Under the pieces are notes generated by a model. The model ran no database searches. It saw only the letters and a list, made by a program, of their open reading frames with translations, and was not told the origin of the DNA. A DNA stretch of 64,000 bases from Mobula hypostoma (lineage: Eukaryota). The stretch is from NCBI RefSeq assembly GCF_963921235.1, contig NC_086097.1:128218001-128282000 (forward strand). Direction: 5' to 3'. Position numbers and translations under genes: made by a program. Below, in pieces: positions 48,136 through 60,648 of this stretch. The first letter of the stretch is position 1, and every line of letters starts with the position of its first letter.

Positions 48136-49782
48136 TTAATGAAAACGTAACGACTTCCATGCTAAATATTTCTTCATAGTGTAGAAACATAATTAATATT
48201 TCATATGAAAATATATACTTATTACATCACTGTAAATAATTCTTATTATTACATTAGAACATCCTTCCTAGATACATTAATCCTCTTCAGTTATATTTTG
48301 CTTTTCAGTTATACATTAATTCTCTTCAGTCTTGAGCAATCTTCTTGAAACTATATTGAGAAGATATAGTTTCTTCCTCGAATAGGAAGTTTCAGGATCT
48401 ATACACAGTGAAGTCAGAATATCAATTATATTTCCGAATTGCTTGAGTGGAGATTTCAAAGGCTGGGGAAGGTTTCAGAGATATTCAGGAGTGAGCCCTT
48501 GGAGAGATATGATCAGAAGGATGAAATTCCTCTGGGTGGGCCATCGCTTAACCAGGGAAACAATTCACGATAATATAGATAATTGGATGAATAAGACCTG
48601 GTTTGGAAATTGGCAGTAGTGTTTTTGACAAGTTTAAGCTATTGTATGATAAGTGATGGAAGACTGGTCAGAAGACCATAATGAAAAAAGACTATAAAGC
48701 TAATGGCGTTTTAATCTTACAGACAAAAATACTCATGTCATCATTTCATTACATTAATGTATTAAATTCTATTATATTACACTTTTCTATTACTCTGAAT
48801 GCCTTTGGAAATGTCATATTCTATGGCTACTCTTAGCTATGACACAAATGAGAATCAATAGAATTGACCTTATATAACTTCAAAATAAGGCCATTTCCCT
48901 TCGAAAATTATAATCGGAATTGTACAACTTAACCTATACATCAATATATGAAAACCCATGAAACTATTACTGTTTAACTTGGCAGAGGTTCTTAACTAAC
49001 GAACATTATTTCAAATTAATGCATTCAAATATTTTCGTAACAGTTCATAAGAATTTACGAAGAGAATATTTGATTTTATTTCACATTCAGTACTTACATT
49101 AATTTAAAAAAATTAATGATGACAATCAGAGGAGACATTGGTTCCCTTGTAATTTTTTCAGCATTCTACGCTATATTTTACATTCTTATTCTCCAAAAGA
49201 AGGTGCTCATTGTAACTCATTATTTAACCGCACTATACAGTATTTCCTGTTGGAGCTGTAAAAGATTTAAGTCTGGAAATTAATGTAATCGCTTAAATGC
49301 ATTCATTTCAAATTTCTCTCTCCTCTTCTGTACTAGGCAATAACCCATTTAAAGTAAATGAGAGAGATTTAATATGACCCTGTTAAGTGTTCATAAAGAA
49401 ACATTGTTCATCAGAACAGGTTTTATGTCATGGCATCGATGAATATTCCTGTCCTTATCAACTGAGATAAGAATTTTAAGTGCATCATTTTCTTTAAAGA
49501 AATAAACCTCTAATGCTCTCACAAGTATGCTAGATGGAAGGAGTTAAATTAGTATCATTTCAAAGAAAATGTACTACATCCTGAAGAAGTGACAGCATTA
49601 AAATCAACAGAAGGGTTCCTCGGAAAATCATTTGGAAGGATCCAAATCCTGTAGCTGTTTACACAGTGACATCTTATTAGAATCATAGAGTCATACAGCA
49701 GAGAAGCAGACCCTTTGCTCTAACTCATCCATGCCGAACAAAATATCTGAGTAAGGTAGACCCTGTGTTTGGTCCTCTAAAC

Positions 49783-49864
49783 CAGGTGTTTCCAAACTGA
49801 GGTCCATAGACCCCTTGTGTAACCGTATTGGTCCATGGCATAAAAAAAGGTTGCGAACCCCCTG
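49783..49864. mobile_element. hAT (Charlie-like) MITE, 82 bp, same family as 10328-10407
   Basis: CAGGTGTTTCCAAACT / AGGTTGCGAACCCCCTG termini; 8-bp TSD CTCTAAAC (49775-49782, 49865-49872). Confidence 0.85.
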
Positions 49865-50310
49865 CTCTAAACCCTATGTTTTCATGTACCTATCCAAGTG
49901 TCTTTTATATTTTAATCTGTTAGACAAATGAAGCAAAATAGGTTTCCCACCTGTGGGCATGGAGTGCTAGAAAACACTGAACAGGTCAGGCAGCACCCAT
50001 GGGGAGAGAAGCAGCATTAATATTTCAGGCCAGTGACCTTTCAGGTGAGTATATCCAGCACTTTCTACTTTTATTTCAGGTCACCATGATCAGCAGTGTG
50101 TTGCATTTTGGTTCCTATCTATCTTTTGGTAGGAACCAAAGTGAGTTCATGGAACCTCCAGGAATCTTCTCCTGCTGCATGTCATAGCATCCTGTCGGCG
50201 TTCCTTCCTCCCTCGGATATCTTCTGGCATCCCTTTAAATATTTCGGCAAGTTCCACATTCTAATCATTCCCTGGATGAAAAAAAATTATGCCTAAATTC
50301 CTCATCACTA

Positions 50311-50861
50311 CAGGCTGTCCGGTAGCAACCAGGTTCTGACTTTACAAGTGTCTACAAGTTAGGTACAGAGGAGATGTCAGGGGTAAGTTTTTTACACAGA
50401 GAGTGGTGAATGATTGGAATGGGCTGCTGGTGGCAGTGGTGGAGGTGGAAACGATAGGATCTTTTAAAGAACTCCTGGATGGCTACATGGAGCTTAGAAA
50501 AATAGAGAGCTATGGGTAAAGCCTAGGTAGTTCTAAGATAGGGACATGTTCGGCACAGCTTTGTGGGCTGAAGGACCTGTATTGTGCTGTAGTTTTTCTA
50601 TGTTTCTAAGTTGATTTTGTTCTTAAGTCAAAAAATACATAACATCACTCAACACTGGAACTGCATCTCTGCAATATTGTATTCAATGGCATCAAAAGCA
50701 CATAATTGGTAAGAAAGAGTAGTTACCAAAAGTGGAGAGCGTGGAAAGTAGATCTGAATGTACGTACATACATTTCACAATTGAATTTAATTTATATTAT
50801 GGGAGATTGTTCATATGTACAGCTGTCCATAGGTCAGGTGTATGTAACCCAGGGATAACCT
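50311..50861. mobile_element. Tigger/pogo-like MITE relic (last bases displaced to 53621-53626), containing a CR1 3' fragment at ~50360-50608
   Basis: TA|CAGGCTGTCC left end; right end GTATGTAACCCAGGGATAACCT(G)|TA completed after the CR1 insertion. Confidence 0.55.
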
Positions 50862-53619
50862 CCTGAATATTCAATATTCAGGAGGGAGAGACATGAAGGA
50901 AGGGGAGGTGGGGTGGTGTTGCTGGTTAAAGAAGAGATTAACGCAATAGAAAGGAAGGACATAAGCCGGGAAGATGTGGAATCGATATGGGTAGAGCTGC
51001 GTAACACCAAGGGGCAGAAGACGCTGGTGGGAGTTGTGTACAGGCCACCTAACAGTAGTAGTGAGGTCGGAGATGGTATTAAACAGGAAATTAGAAATGT
51101 GTGCAATAAAGGAACAGCAGTTATAATGGGTGACTTCAATCTACATGTAGACTGGGTGAACCAGATTGGTAAAGGTGCTGAGGAAGAGGATTTCTTGGAA
51201 TGTATGCGGGATGGTTTTTTGAACCAACATGTTGAGGAACCAACTAGAGAGCAGGCTATTCTGGACTGGGTTTTGAGCAATGAGGAAGGGTTAATTAGCG
51301 ATCTTGTCGTGAGAGGCCCCTTGGGTAAGAGTGACCATAACATGGTGGAATTCTTCATTAAGATGGAGAGTGACATAGTTAATTCAGAAACAAAGGTTCT
51401 GAGCTTAAAGAGGGGTAACTTTGAAGGTATGAGACGTGAATTAGCTAAGATAGACTGGCAAATGATACTTAAAGGATTGACGGTGGATATGCAATGGCAA
51501 GCATTTAAAGATCGCATGGATGAACTACAACAATTGTTCATCCCAGTTTGGCAAAAGAATAAATCAAGGAAGGTAGTGCACCCGTGGCTGACAAGAGAAA
51601 TTAGGGATAGTATCAATTCCAAAGAAGAAGCATACAAATTAGCCAGAGAAAGTGGCTCACCTGAGGACTGGGAGAAATTCAGAGTTCAGCAGAGGAGGAC
51701 AAAGGGCTTAATTAGGAAGGGGAAAAAAGATTATGAAAGAAAACTGGCAGGGAACATAAAAACGGACTGTAAAAGCTTTTATAGATATGTAAAAAGGAAA
51801 AGACTGGTAAAGACAAATGTAGGTCCCCTACAGACAGAAACAGGTGAATTGATTATGGGGAGCAAGGACATGGCAGACCAATTGAATAATTACTTTGGTT
51901 CTGTTTTCACTAAGGAGGACATAAATAATCTTCCAGAAATAGTAAGGGACAGAGGGTCCAGTGAGATGGAGGAACTGAGCGAAATACATGTTAGTAGGGA
52001 AGTGGTGTTAGGTAAATTGAAGGGATTGAAGGCAGATAAATCCCCAGGGCCAGATGGTCTGCATCCTAGAGTGCTTAAGGAAGTAGCCCAAGAAATAGTG
52101 GATGCATTAGTGATAATTTTTCAAAACTTTAGATTCTGGACTAGTTCCTGAGGATTGGAGGGTGGCTAATGTAACCCCACTTTTTAAAAAAGGAGGGAGA
52201 GAGAAACTGGGGAATTATAGACTGGTTAGCCTAACGTCGGTGGTGGGGAAACTGCTGGAGTCAGTTATCAAGGATGTGATAACAGCACATTTGGAAAGCG
52301 GTGAAATTTTCGGACAAAGTCAGCATGGATTTGTGAAAGGAAAATCATGTCTGACGAATCTCATAGAATTTTTTGAGGATGTAACTAGTAGAGTGGATAG
52401 GGGAGAACCAGTGGATGTGGTATATTTGGATTTTCAAAAGGCTTTTGACAAGGTCCCACACAGGAGATTAGTGTGCAAACTTAAAGCACACAGTATTGCG
52501 GGTAAGGTATTGGTGTGGGTGGAGAATTGGTTAGCAGACAGGAAGCAAAGAGTGGGAATAAACGGGACCTTTTCAGAACGGCAGGCGGTGACTAGTGGGG
52601 TACCGCAAGGCTCAGTGCTGGGACCCCAGTTGTTTACAATATATATTAATGACTTGGATGAGGGAATTAAATGCAGCATCTCCAAGTTTGCGGATGACAC
52701 GAAGCTGGGCAGCAGTGTTAGCAGTGAGGAGGATGCTAAGAGGATGCAGGGTGACTTGGATAGGTTGGGTGAGTGGGCAAATTCATGGCAGATGCAATTT
52801 AATGTGGATAAATGTGAAGTTATCCACTTTGGTGGCAAAAATAGGAAAACAGATTATTATCTGAATGGTGGCCGATTAGGAAAAGGGGAGGTGCAACAAG
52901 ACCTGGGTGTCATTATACACCAGTCATTGAAAGTGGGCATGCAGGTACAGCAGGCGGTGAAAAAGGTGAATGGTATGCTGGCATTTATAGCGAAAGGATT
53001 CGAGTACAGGAGCAGGGAGGTACTACTGCAGTTGTACAAGGCCTTGGTGAGACCACACCTGGAGTACTGTGTGCAGTTTTGGTCCCCTAATCTGAGGAAA
53101 GACATCTTTGCCATAGAGGGAGTACAAAGAAGGTTCACCAGATTGATTCCTGGGATGGCAGGACTTTCATATGAAGAAAGACTGGATGAACTGGGCTTGT
53201 ACTCGTTGGAATTTAGAAGATTGAGGGGGGATCTGATTGAATCCCAAGATCCTAAAGGGATTGGACAGGCTAGATGCAGGAAGATTGTTCCCGATGTTGG
53301 GGAAGTCCAGAACGAGGGGTCATAGTTTGAGGATAGAGGGGAAGCCTTTTAGGACCGAGATTAGGAAAAACTTCTTCACACAGAGAGTGGTGAATCTGTG
53401 GAATTCTCTGCCACAGGAAACTGTTGAGGTCAGTTCATTGGCTATATGTAAGAGGGAGTTAGATATGGCCCTTGTGGCTACGGGGGTCAGGGGGTATGGA
53501 GGGAAGGCTGGGACGGGGTTCTGAGTTGGATGATCAGCCATGATCATAATAAATGGCGGTGCAGGCTCGAAGGGCTGAATGGCCTACTCCTGCACCTATT
53601 TTCTATGTTTCTATGTTTC
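50862..53619 (+). mobile_element. CR1-clade LINE, 5'-truncated within the endonuclease domain
   Basis: APE endonuclease motifs (GVVYRPPN, MGDFN, ILDWV, SDHN), full RT, 3' UTR, (TTCTATGT)n tail, TAACCT TSD (50856-50861, 53620-53625). Confidence 0.95.
50873..53524 (+). pseudogene. CR1 ORF2 (partial endonuclease + RT) with two frameshifts
   Basis: Three consecutive ORFs 50913-52151, 52162-53325, 53237-53524; frame breaks near 52128 and 53240; KFADDTK intact. Confidence 0.9.
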
Positions 53620-53759
53620 TAACCTGTACAGCAACTATACGGATCAACACAATAAAAGTGAATTCCACTTTCTTGCCACTGATAAGAATATATACCCTTT
53701 CTCAGCCTTTTATACAGAATCCTCAAAGCTATGAGAAATTTATTTATATGTATTTTGAG

Positions 53760-54033
53760 ACGCAGCATAGAACAGGCCCCAACAGCCCAAAGAACAGCAC
53801 TGCCCAGCAACCCACCTATCTTGGCACAAGCCTAATCACAGGATCATTTACAATGACCAATTAACCTACTAACTGGTATGTCTTTGGACAGTGAGAGGAA
53901 ACTGGAGCACATGGAGTAAACCCACGCAGTTCACAGTCAGAACAAACAAACTCCTTTTAGGTGGTGCCAGAATTGCATTCTGAATGCCCCAAGCCATAAT
54001 AGCACCACTCTGATACTATGCTACCATGGCGCC
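53760..54033 (-). mobile_element. tRNA-derived SINE (HE1/V-SINE-like)
   Basis: Reverse complement has GCGTGGGTTTACTCCATGTGCTCCAGTTTCCTCTCACTGTCCAAAGAC domain. Confidence 0.7.
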
Positions 54034-54814
54034 TAAGAAAAGATAACTCTTCAAACATAAGACTTGAGCCTGGCACCTTCTGACTCAAAGATAAGGTCAC
54101 TACCCACTAAGCTAATAACAGACACTTGTGCAGATAAATTTACTCTCCAGAGGAATAAACTTGCAATGAGACATAGAAGCAGACTTAGTGCAGGTTGCCA
54201 GGCTTCAAAACCAAATTGCTTCTTCCAGCATGATCCAGGGCGGAGTCTTCACTGGGAGCCCAGCTCCCAGGACTTTGGCAAGACTCAAATTTGTGTAATG
54301 TACTGTCGGGGCTGAGTGAACAAAGTAGCCCAAAATGGCTTTGAGTTTCAGGTGCATTGACCACCGAACTTAAATACATAACAAATCAAAACATTTACAG
54401 AATTACTGAGGTCTGTCAAAAACCCAATGCCAAAAAGTATTTTGTTTTCAAAAATCAATTAACTGAACCTCATGCATACACTTACTTTAATTAAATCTAA
54501 TAAAAAACTTTGTTTATCCTTCTCCTGGTAAACATTTTCACCCAGCCATTACAAAGACACCTCTGAACTTCTGCCAGAACTAATAGGGGACCAGTAGGCA
54601 GAGTTCCCATCCAGAGAGTTGGAAGATCTTTAGTAGTTGCCCTATTAAATTCTGAGAAGACTAACCAGTAGAGTGCAGTTTTTCTGCTGAATCAAAGAGT
54701 GTCCCCCATTTACAGGCTTTTTCTGCTGGCAGATCTGGGCTGATCTCAGTGGAAGATCTGCCCCACCAGCTAACTCTGTTAAACTGTAATGTGTATTTGC
54801 TTTGAAAATCAAAA

Positions 54815-55005
54815 ACATGGATGCTGGAAGTTTGAAATAAAGCTAAATGCTTGAAACCATCTATCAGGTCAGGTAGCATATGTGGAAAGAGAAAGAGCTA
54901 ATGTTTTAGTTCCAAAACCCATCACCAGTTCTAACAAAGGGTCTTGGACCTGAAACGTTAACTCTGTTTTTCTTTCCACAGGTGCTGCCTGACCTGTGAG
55001 TATAG
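54815..55005. mobile_element. Older Penelope-like terminal hairpin with a decayed hammerhead
   Basis: Inverted arms ~54865-54920 and 54939-54996; AGTT-CTAACAA-AGGGTCTTGGACCT-GAAACGTT-AACT. Confidence 0.7.
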
Positions 55006-56925
55006 CTGTTTTTATTCAAGGCTGTTCTCTTCTTATTTTACTATGTGAATCTGATATTATGATCAGTTCTTGTCCCAGTTAAACAGTATCCCTATTTGAA
55101 AATGTATTAACATTTCTTTATTTTTGCTGGATTAAATCCAAGGAATTCTGGATGCAGTAACATTGACTTCAACATCTCATGCTCAGCATGAAAAGTGACG
55201 GAGAAATAATTTTTAGCCCTTTTCTCGGTTACATAGACTTGTTGACAGCCCCTCACAAACTTTTTCATTATAATTGTCTTGTGGGAAGATGAATACATTA
55301 CTGGATTTTCCCAGCCATTCTGCAAAGCTTTTGGTAGTTCAGTACATCTTGGAGCCGTGCCTTGCCAGTGCATTGCATGGGAACTTGATCAGAAGCTGTA
55401 CGTAAAATATCCCGTCAACATATTCGATTCCATTTTGCTGTTATGAGTTTTAATTTTAGTTCACCCAGATGCAATAGTCCTAATGATATGAAACAAAGCT
55501 TTGTTTTGGACGTATTTGCAGTAATTATAGTTGGATGTGGTGTAACGGTGGAGACATAAAATACTGCAGATGCTGGAATTCAGAGCAATAAGCAAGATGT
55601 GAAGGAAGTCTGTGGATGAGGCAGCATTTGTAAAGGAAGTGGTCCAGATGATCAGTAACTGGTAATTGTTTTGTGCATTGAGTTTGCATACAGATCATGC
55701 CATATGTAAGAACATTGTGGTAGGACAAAAGGGATTAAAAGTATCAGTAAGGAATAAATATAGTGTTACAGATGCAGAGAAGGTACAGTGCAGGAAGTGA
55801 AATAAGGTGCAAGGACCATCAGGATTCCTTATCATGCAAGAGGTCCATTCAAGAATCTTATGTCCATGGAATACAAGCTGTCCTGGTAGTGCAAGTTCCC
55901 AATCTCTTGTAACTTCCTTTCAGTGAGAGGGAGGAGGAGAGACAATGACTGATGCTGGAAGGGTCTTTGATTATGCTGGCCGTTTTCCAGAGGCAGCAGG
56001 AAGGAAGGGTCTCGACCCAAAATGTCAACTGTGGTGTATCTCTCCTCTGCTCACTCGGATCCAAGTGTGATCTGACTGATATCCACAAGAATGCATGACT
56101 GTGAAAGAGCACTGTGTCCTGGCCTGACCAGATACTTGATAGCATCATTGGTAATCCGCCAATTCTGATGCAGGGTCACCAGCTTAAACATTAATCCTGT
56201 TCCCCAGACCCTTCATTTTCTGCTCCCATTTTAGAACTCCTACATTGTCTGCAGTTTGTTTTTGTTTGACCTTTAAACGGGTCCTCAGTTCTGTAAGTGA
56301 TATGGGAATTTTGAGAGTGAACTGCACTGAGAGTCGGTGCCAGCATAGGAACTGGTGTGGGTTTCTTATTTGTTTGTTACAAGCTGAAATGTTGCTTATT
56401 TCTGAGAGGTGAGTCCAGTATTAACCCTCCCACTTTTCAGAGGTGATATGAATTCCTCACCACAGAAAGGTAAGGGTCTGTGGGCACACTGGTACCAGAA
56501 TAACTCTAAATATTGTGGCCTCTCATATTTGTGAAAATCAATAGAAATAACTGAAGATGCTGAAAGTCTAGAAAAAAATTGAAAATGGTGGAAATGCTCA
56601 TCAGGTCAGGCAACATCTGTGGGAAGAAAAGCAGAATCAATGTTGCAGGTCAGAGATCCTTCAACGGAACTTAGGAGAGAAAAGAATCTGGTAAAGCAGC
56701 AGCGAGAGTGGAGGGGTGGGTGTCTCTGATAGAACAAATCATGGGGTAACCATGGGGACTGAGTGCTCGTGAGCAGTTAGTGAGGGAGAATATTGACAAA
56801 AGAATGTAGGAGCTGCAAAATACAGAGCAGGAGGACATGTCTGGCAAGTCAGCCCGGCTGTGTCCTCCATTTCCAAAGGCAAAAAAAGAAAAAAATGAAA
56901 ACTGAGCTAACATCACAGATACAGA

Positions 56926-58750
56926 CCAAGAACTTTTACAGGTATAGTAAGAGCAAAAAGATTGTAGGGGATAAAACTGGTCCTCTTGAAGATCAGAGTG
57001 GTCGGCTATGTGCGGAACCAAAAGAAATGGGGGAGATCTTAAACGGGTTTTTTACATCTGTATTTACTAAGGAAACTGGCATGAAGTCTATGGAATTAAG
57101 GGAAACAAGTAGTGAGATCATGGAAGCTGTACAGATTGAAAAGGAGGAGGTGCTTGCTATCTTGAGGCAAATTAAAGTGGATAAATCCCCAGGACCTGAC
57201 AGGGTGTTCCCTCGGACTTTGAAGGAGACTAGTGTTGAAATTGCAGGGGTCCTGGCAGATATATTTAAAATGTCGGTGTCTACGGGTGAGGTGCCGGAGG
57301 ATTGGAGAGTGGCTCATATTGTTCCGTTGTTTAAAAAAGAATCGAAAAGTCATCCGGGAAATTATAGGCCCGTAAGTTTAACGTCAGTAGTAGGTAAGTT
57401 ATTGGAGGGAGTACTAAGAGACAGAACCTACAAGCATTTGGATAGACAGGGACTTATTAGGGAGAGTCAACATGGCTTTGTGTGTGGTAGGTCATGTTTG
57501 ACCAATCTATTGCAGTTTTTCGAGGAGGTTACTAGGAAGGTGGATGAAGGAAAGGCAGTGTATGTTGTCTACATGGGCTTCAGTAAGGCCTTTGACAAGG
57601 TCCCGCATGGGAGGTTAGTTAGGAAAATTCAGTCACTAAGTATACATGGAGCGGTGGTAAATTGGATTAGACATTGGCTCAATGGAAGAAGCCAAAGAGT
57701 GGTAGTAGAGAATTGCTTCTCAGAGTGGAAGCCTGTGACTAGTGGTGTGCCACAGGGATCAGTGCTGGGTCCGTTGTTATTTGTCAACTATATCAATGAT
57801 CTGGATGATAATGTGGTAAATTGGATCAGCAAATTTGCTGATAATACAAAGACTGGAGGTGTAGTGGACAGTGAGGAAGGTTTTCAGAGCCTGCAGAGGG
57901 ACTTGGACCAGCTGGAAAAATGGGCTGAAAAATGGCAGATGGAGTTTAATACAGACAAGTGCGAGGTATTGCACTTTGGAAGGACAAACCAAGGTAGAAC
58001 ATATAGGGTAAATGGTAAGGCACTGAGGAGTGCAGAAGAACAGAGGGATCTGGGAATACAGATACAAAATTCCCTAAAAGTGGCATCACAGGTAGATAGG
58101 GTCGTAAAGAGAGCTTTTGGTACATTGGCCTTTATTAATCAAAGTATTGAGTATAAGAGCTGGAATGTTATGATGAGGTTGTATAAGGTATTGGTGAGGC
58201 TGAATCTGGAGTATTGTGTTCAGTTCTGGTCACCAAATTACAGGAAGGATATTAATAAGGTTGAAAGAGTGCAGAGAAGGTTTACAAGGATGTTGCCGGG
58301 ACTTGAGAAACTGAGTTACAGAGAAAGATTGAATAGGTTAGGACTTTATTCCCTGGAGCGTAGAAGAATGAGGGGAGATTTGATAGAGATATATAAAATT
58401 ATGATGGGTATAGATAGAGTGAATGCAAGTAGGCTTTTTCCACTGAGGCAAGGGGAGAAAAAAACCAGAGGACATGGGTTAAGGGTGAGGAGGGAAAAGT
58501 TTAAAGGGAACATGAGGGGGGGCTTCTTCACACAGAGAGTGGTGTGAGTGTGGAATGAGCTGCCAGGCGAGGTGGTAAATGCGGGTTCTTTTTTAATATT
58601 TAAGAATAAATTGGACAGATACATGGATGGGAGGTGTATGGAGGGATATGGTCCGTGTGCAGGTCAGTGGGACTAGGCAGAAAATGGTTCGGCACAGCCA
58701 AGAAGGGCCAAAAGGCCTGTTTCTGTGCTGTAGTTTTTCTATGGTTTTCT
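56926..58750 (+). mobile_element. CR1-clade LINE (third subfamily), 5'-truncated, inserted in a Penelope relic (~56548-59125)
   Basis: Open RT frame to a premature TGA at 58545-58547, after which the frame continues to a later TAG; catalytic motifs mutated (YMGFSKAFD, KFADNTK); TTTTCTATG tail. Confidence 0.92.
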
Positions 58751-59128
58751 AACTTCCCTGAAGTTGTGGAAGTTGATATTGAGTAAAAAAGAGTGCAATG
58801 TACCCAGATGGAAAATATGGTGTTATTTCTTGAGTTGGGTCTCAATATGACAGTCAGAGTGGGAGTAGGATGGGGAATTAACGTGACTGGCACAAAAGCT
58901 TAGGGTCATCCAGTCTTTAACATAAAGGATATTATATTGTGAGCACTGATTACAGTACACTCAACTGGAAGAAGTGCAAGTAAAATGCTGCTTCACCTGA
59001 AATGATTGCTGTGGTGTCTGGATGGTGGGAAGGGAAGAAGTAAAAAGACAGGTTACAAGTGGAAGTGTCATAAAGAAGAGGGTTGGTTGGTGGGAGTAAA
59101 TTAGCAGACACAGAAGTCAAGGACACTC

Positions 59129-59190
59129 GTGTGTGTGTGTGTGTGTATGTATGTGTATATATATATATTATACACACATACACACATACA
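59129..59190. repeat. Compound (GT)n/(TA)n/(CA)n microsatellite flanking the Tc1 element
   Basis: Directly visible dinucleotide runs. Confidence 0.9.
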
Positions 59191-59418
59191 CAGTTGAAGT
59201 CAGAAGTTTACATACACCTTAGCCAAATACATTTAAACTCAGTTTTTCACAATTCCTGACATTTAATCCTGGAAAACATTCCCTGTCTTAGGTCAGTTAG
59301 GATCACTACTTTATTTTAACAATGTGAAATGTCAGAATAATAGTAGAGAGAATGATTTATTTCATCTTTTATTTCTTTCTTCACATTCCCAGTGGGTCAG
59401 AAGTTTACATACACTTTG

Positions 59419-60648
59419 TTAGTATTTGGTAGCATTGCCTCTAAGTTGTTTAACTTGGATCAAACGTTTTGGGTAGCTTTCCACAAGCTTCTCACAGTAA
59501 GTTGCTGGAATTTTGTTCCATTCCTCCAGACAGAACTGATGTAATTGAGTTAGGTTTGTAGGCCTCCTTGCTCGCACACGCTTTTTCAGTTCTGCCCACA
59601 AATTTTCTATCAGATTGAGGTCAGGGCTTTGTGATGGCCACTCCAATACCTTGACTTTGTTGTCCTTAAGCAATTTTGCCACAACTTTGGAGGTATGCTT
59701 GGGGTCATTGTCCATTTGGAAGACCCATTTGCCACCGAGCTTTAACTTCCTGGCTGATGTCTTGAGATGTTGCTTCAATATATCCACATAATTTTCCTTC
59801 CTCATGATGCCATTTATTTTGTGAAGTGCACCAGTCCCTCTTGCAGCAAAGCACCCCCACAACATGATGCTATCACCCCCATGCTTCACGGTTGGGATGG
59901 TGTTCATCAGCTTGCAAGCCTCACCCTTTTTCCACCAAACATAACGATGGTCATTATGGCCAAACAGTTCAATTTTTGTTTCATCAGACCAGAGGATATT
60001 TCTCCAAAAAGTAACATCTGTGTCCCTATGTGCATTTGCAAACTGTAGTCTGGCTTTTTTATGGCGGTTTTGGAGCAGTGGCTTCTTCCTTGCTGAGCAG
60101 CCTTTCAGGTTATGTCGATATAGGACTCGTTTTACTGTGGATATGGATACTTGTCTACCTGTTTCCTCCAGCATCTTCACAAGGTCCTTTGCTGTTGTTC
60201 TGGGATTGATTTGTACTTTTCGTGCCAAAGTACGTTCATCTATAGGAGACAGAATGTGTCTCCTTCCTGAGCGGTATTATACTTTATACTTTATCATCAC
60301 CAAACAATTGAAACTAGAATGTACAATCATCACAGTGATATTTGATTCTGCACTTTCTGCTCCCTGGATTACAAATATTCAATAATAAAATATTAAAAAT
60401 AGTAAAAATTTGTAAATATTAAAAATTTAAATTATAAATCATAAATAGAAAATTGAAAAATGGAAAGTAAGGTAATGCAGGAAAAAATTATGGCTGCGTG
60501 GTCCCATGGTGTTTATACTTGCATACTATTGTTTGTACAGATGAACATGGTACCTTCAGGCGTTTGGAAATTGCTCCCAAGGATGAACCAGACTTGTGGA
60601 GGTCCACAATTTTTGTTTCTGAGGTCTTGGCTGATTTCTTTTGATTTT
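59419..60648 (-). pseudogene. Tc1 (SB-like) transposase: start codon deleted, one frameshift, one insertion; catalytic domain frame open
   Basis: KSKEISQDLR/IVDLHKSGSSLGAISKRLKVP...HHGTTQP | insert | YRSGRRHILSPIDERTLARKVQINPRTTAK...WSDETK...QMDNDPKH...SPDLNLIENLW...GNATKY*. Confidence 0.92.
60281..60487 (-). mobile_element. AT-rich LINE 3' tail (Rex1-like) inserted into the transposase gene
   Basis: (TAAAGTA)-repeat tail; TTAT on both sides (60277-60280, 60488-60491); transposase codons rejoin across it. Confidence 0.65.

Noticed and set aside
48513..48597. Possible minus-strand exon SYSSNYLYYRELFPWLSDGPPRGISSF*
   Set aside because: Short, no polypyrimidine tract, unrecognised peptide
50834..53547. 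Long antisense ORFs over CR1 copies (e.g. 267 aa, and 205 aa at 1839-2456)
   Set aside because: Shadow frames of the RT coding strand
55298..55395. Possible minus-strand last exon SDQVPMQCTGKARLQDVLNYQKLCRMAGKIQ*, phase-compatible with a putative exon at 62755-62823
   Set aside because: Weak splice signals and no recognisable protein; chance level without homology or RNA data
56793..56925. N-terminal extension of the 584-aa ORF
   Set aside because: Derived from the flanking Penelope relic; not CR1 and no credible start codon
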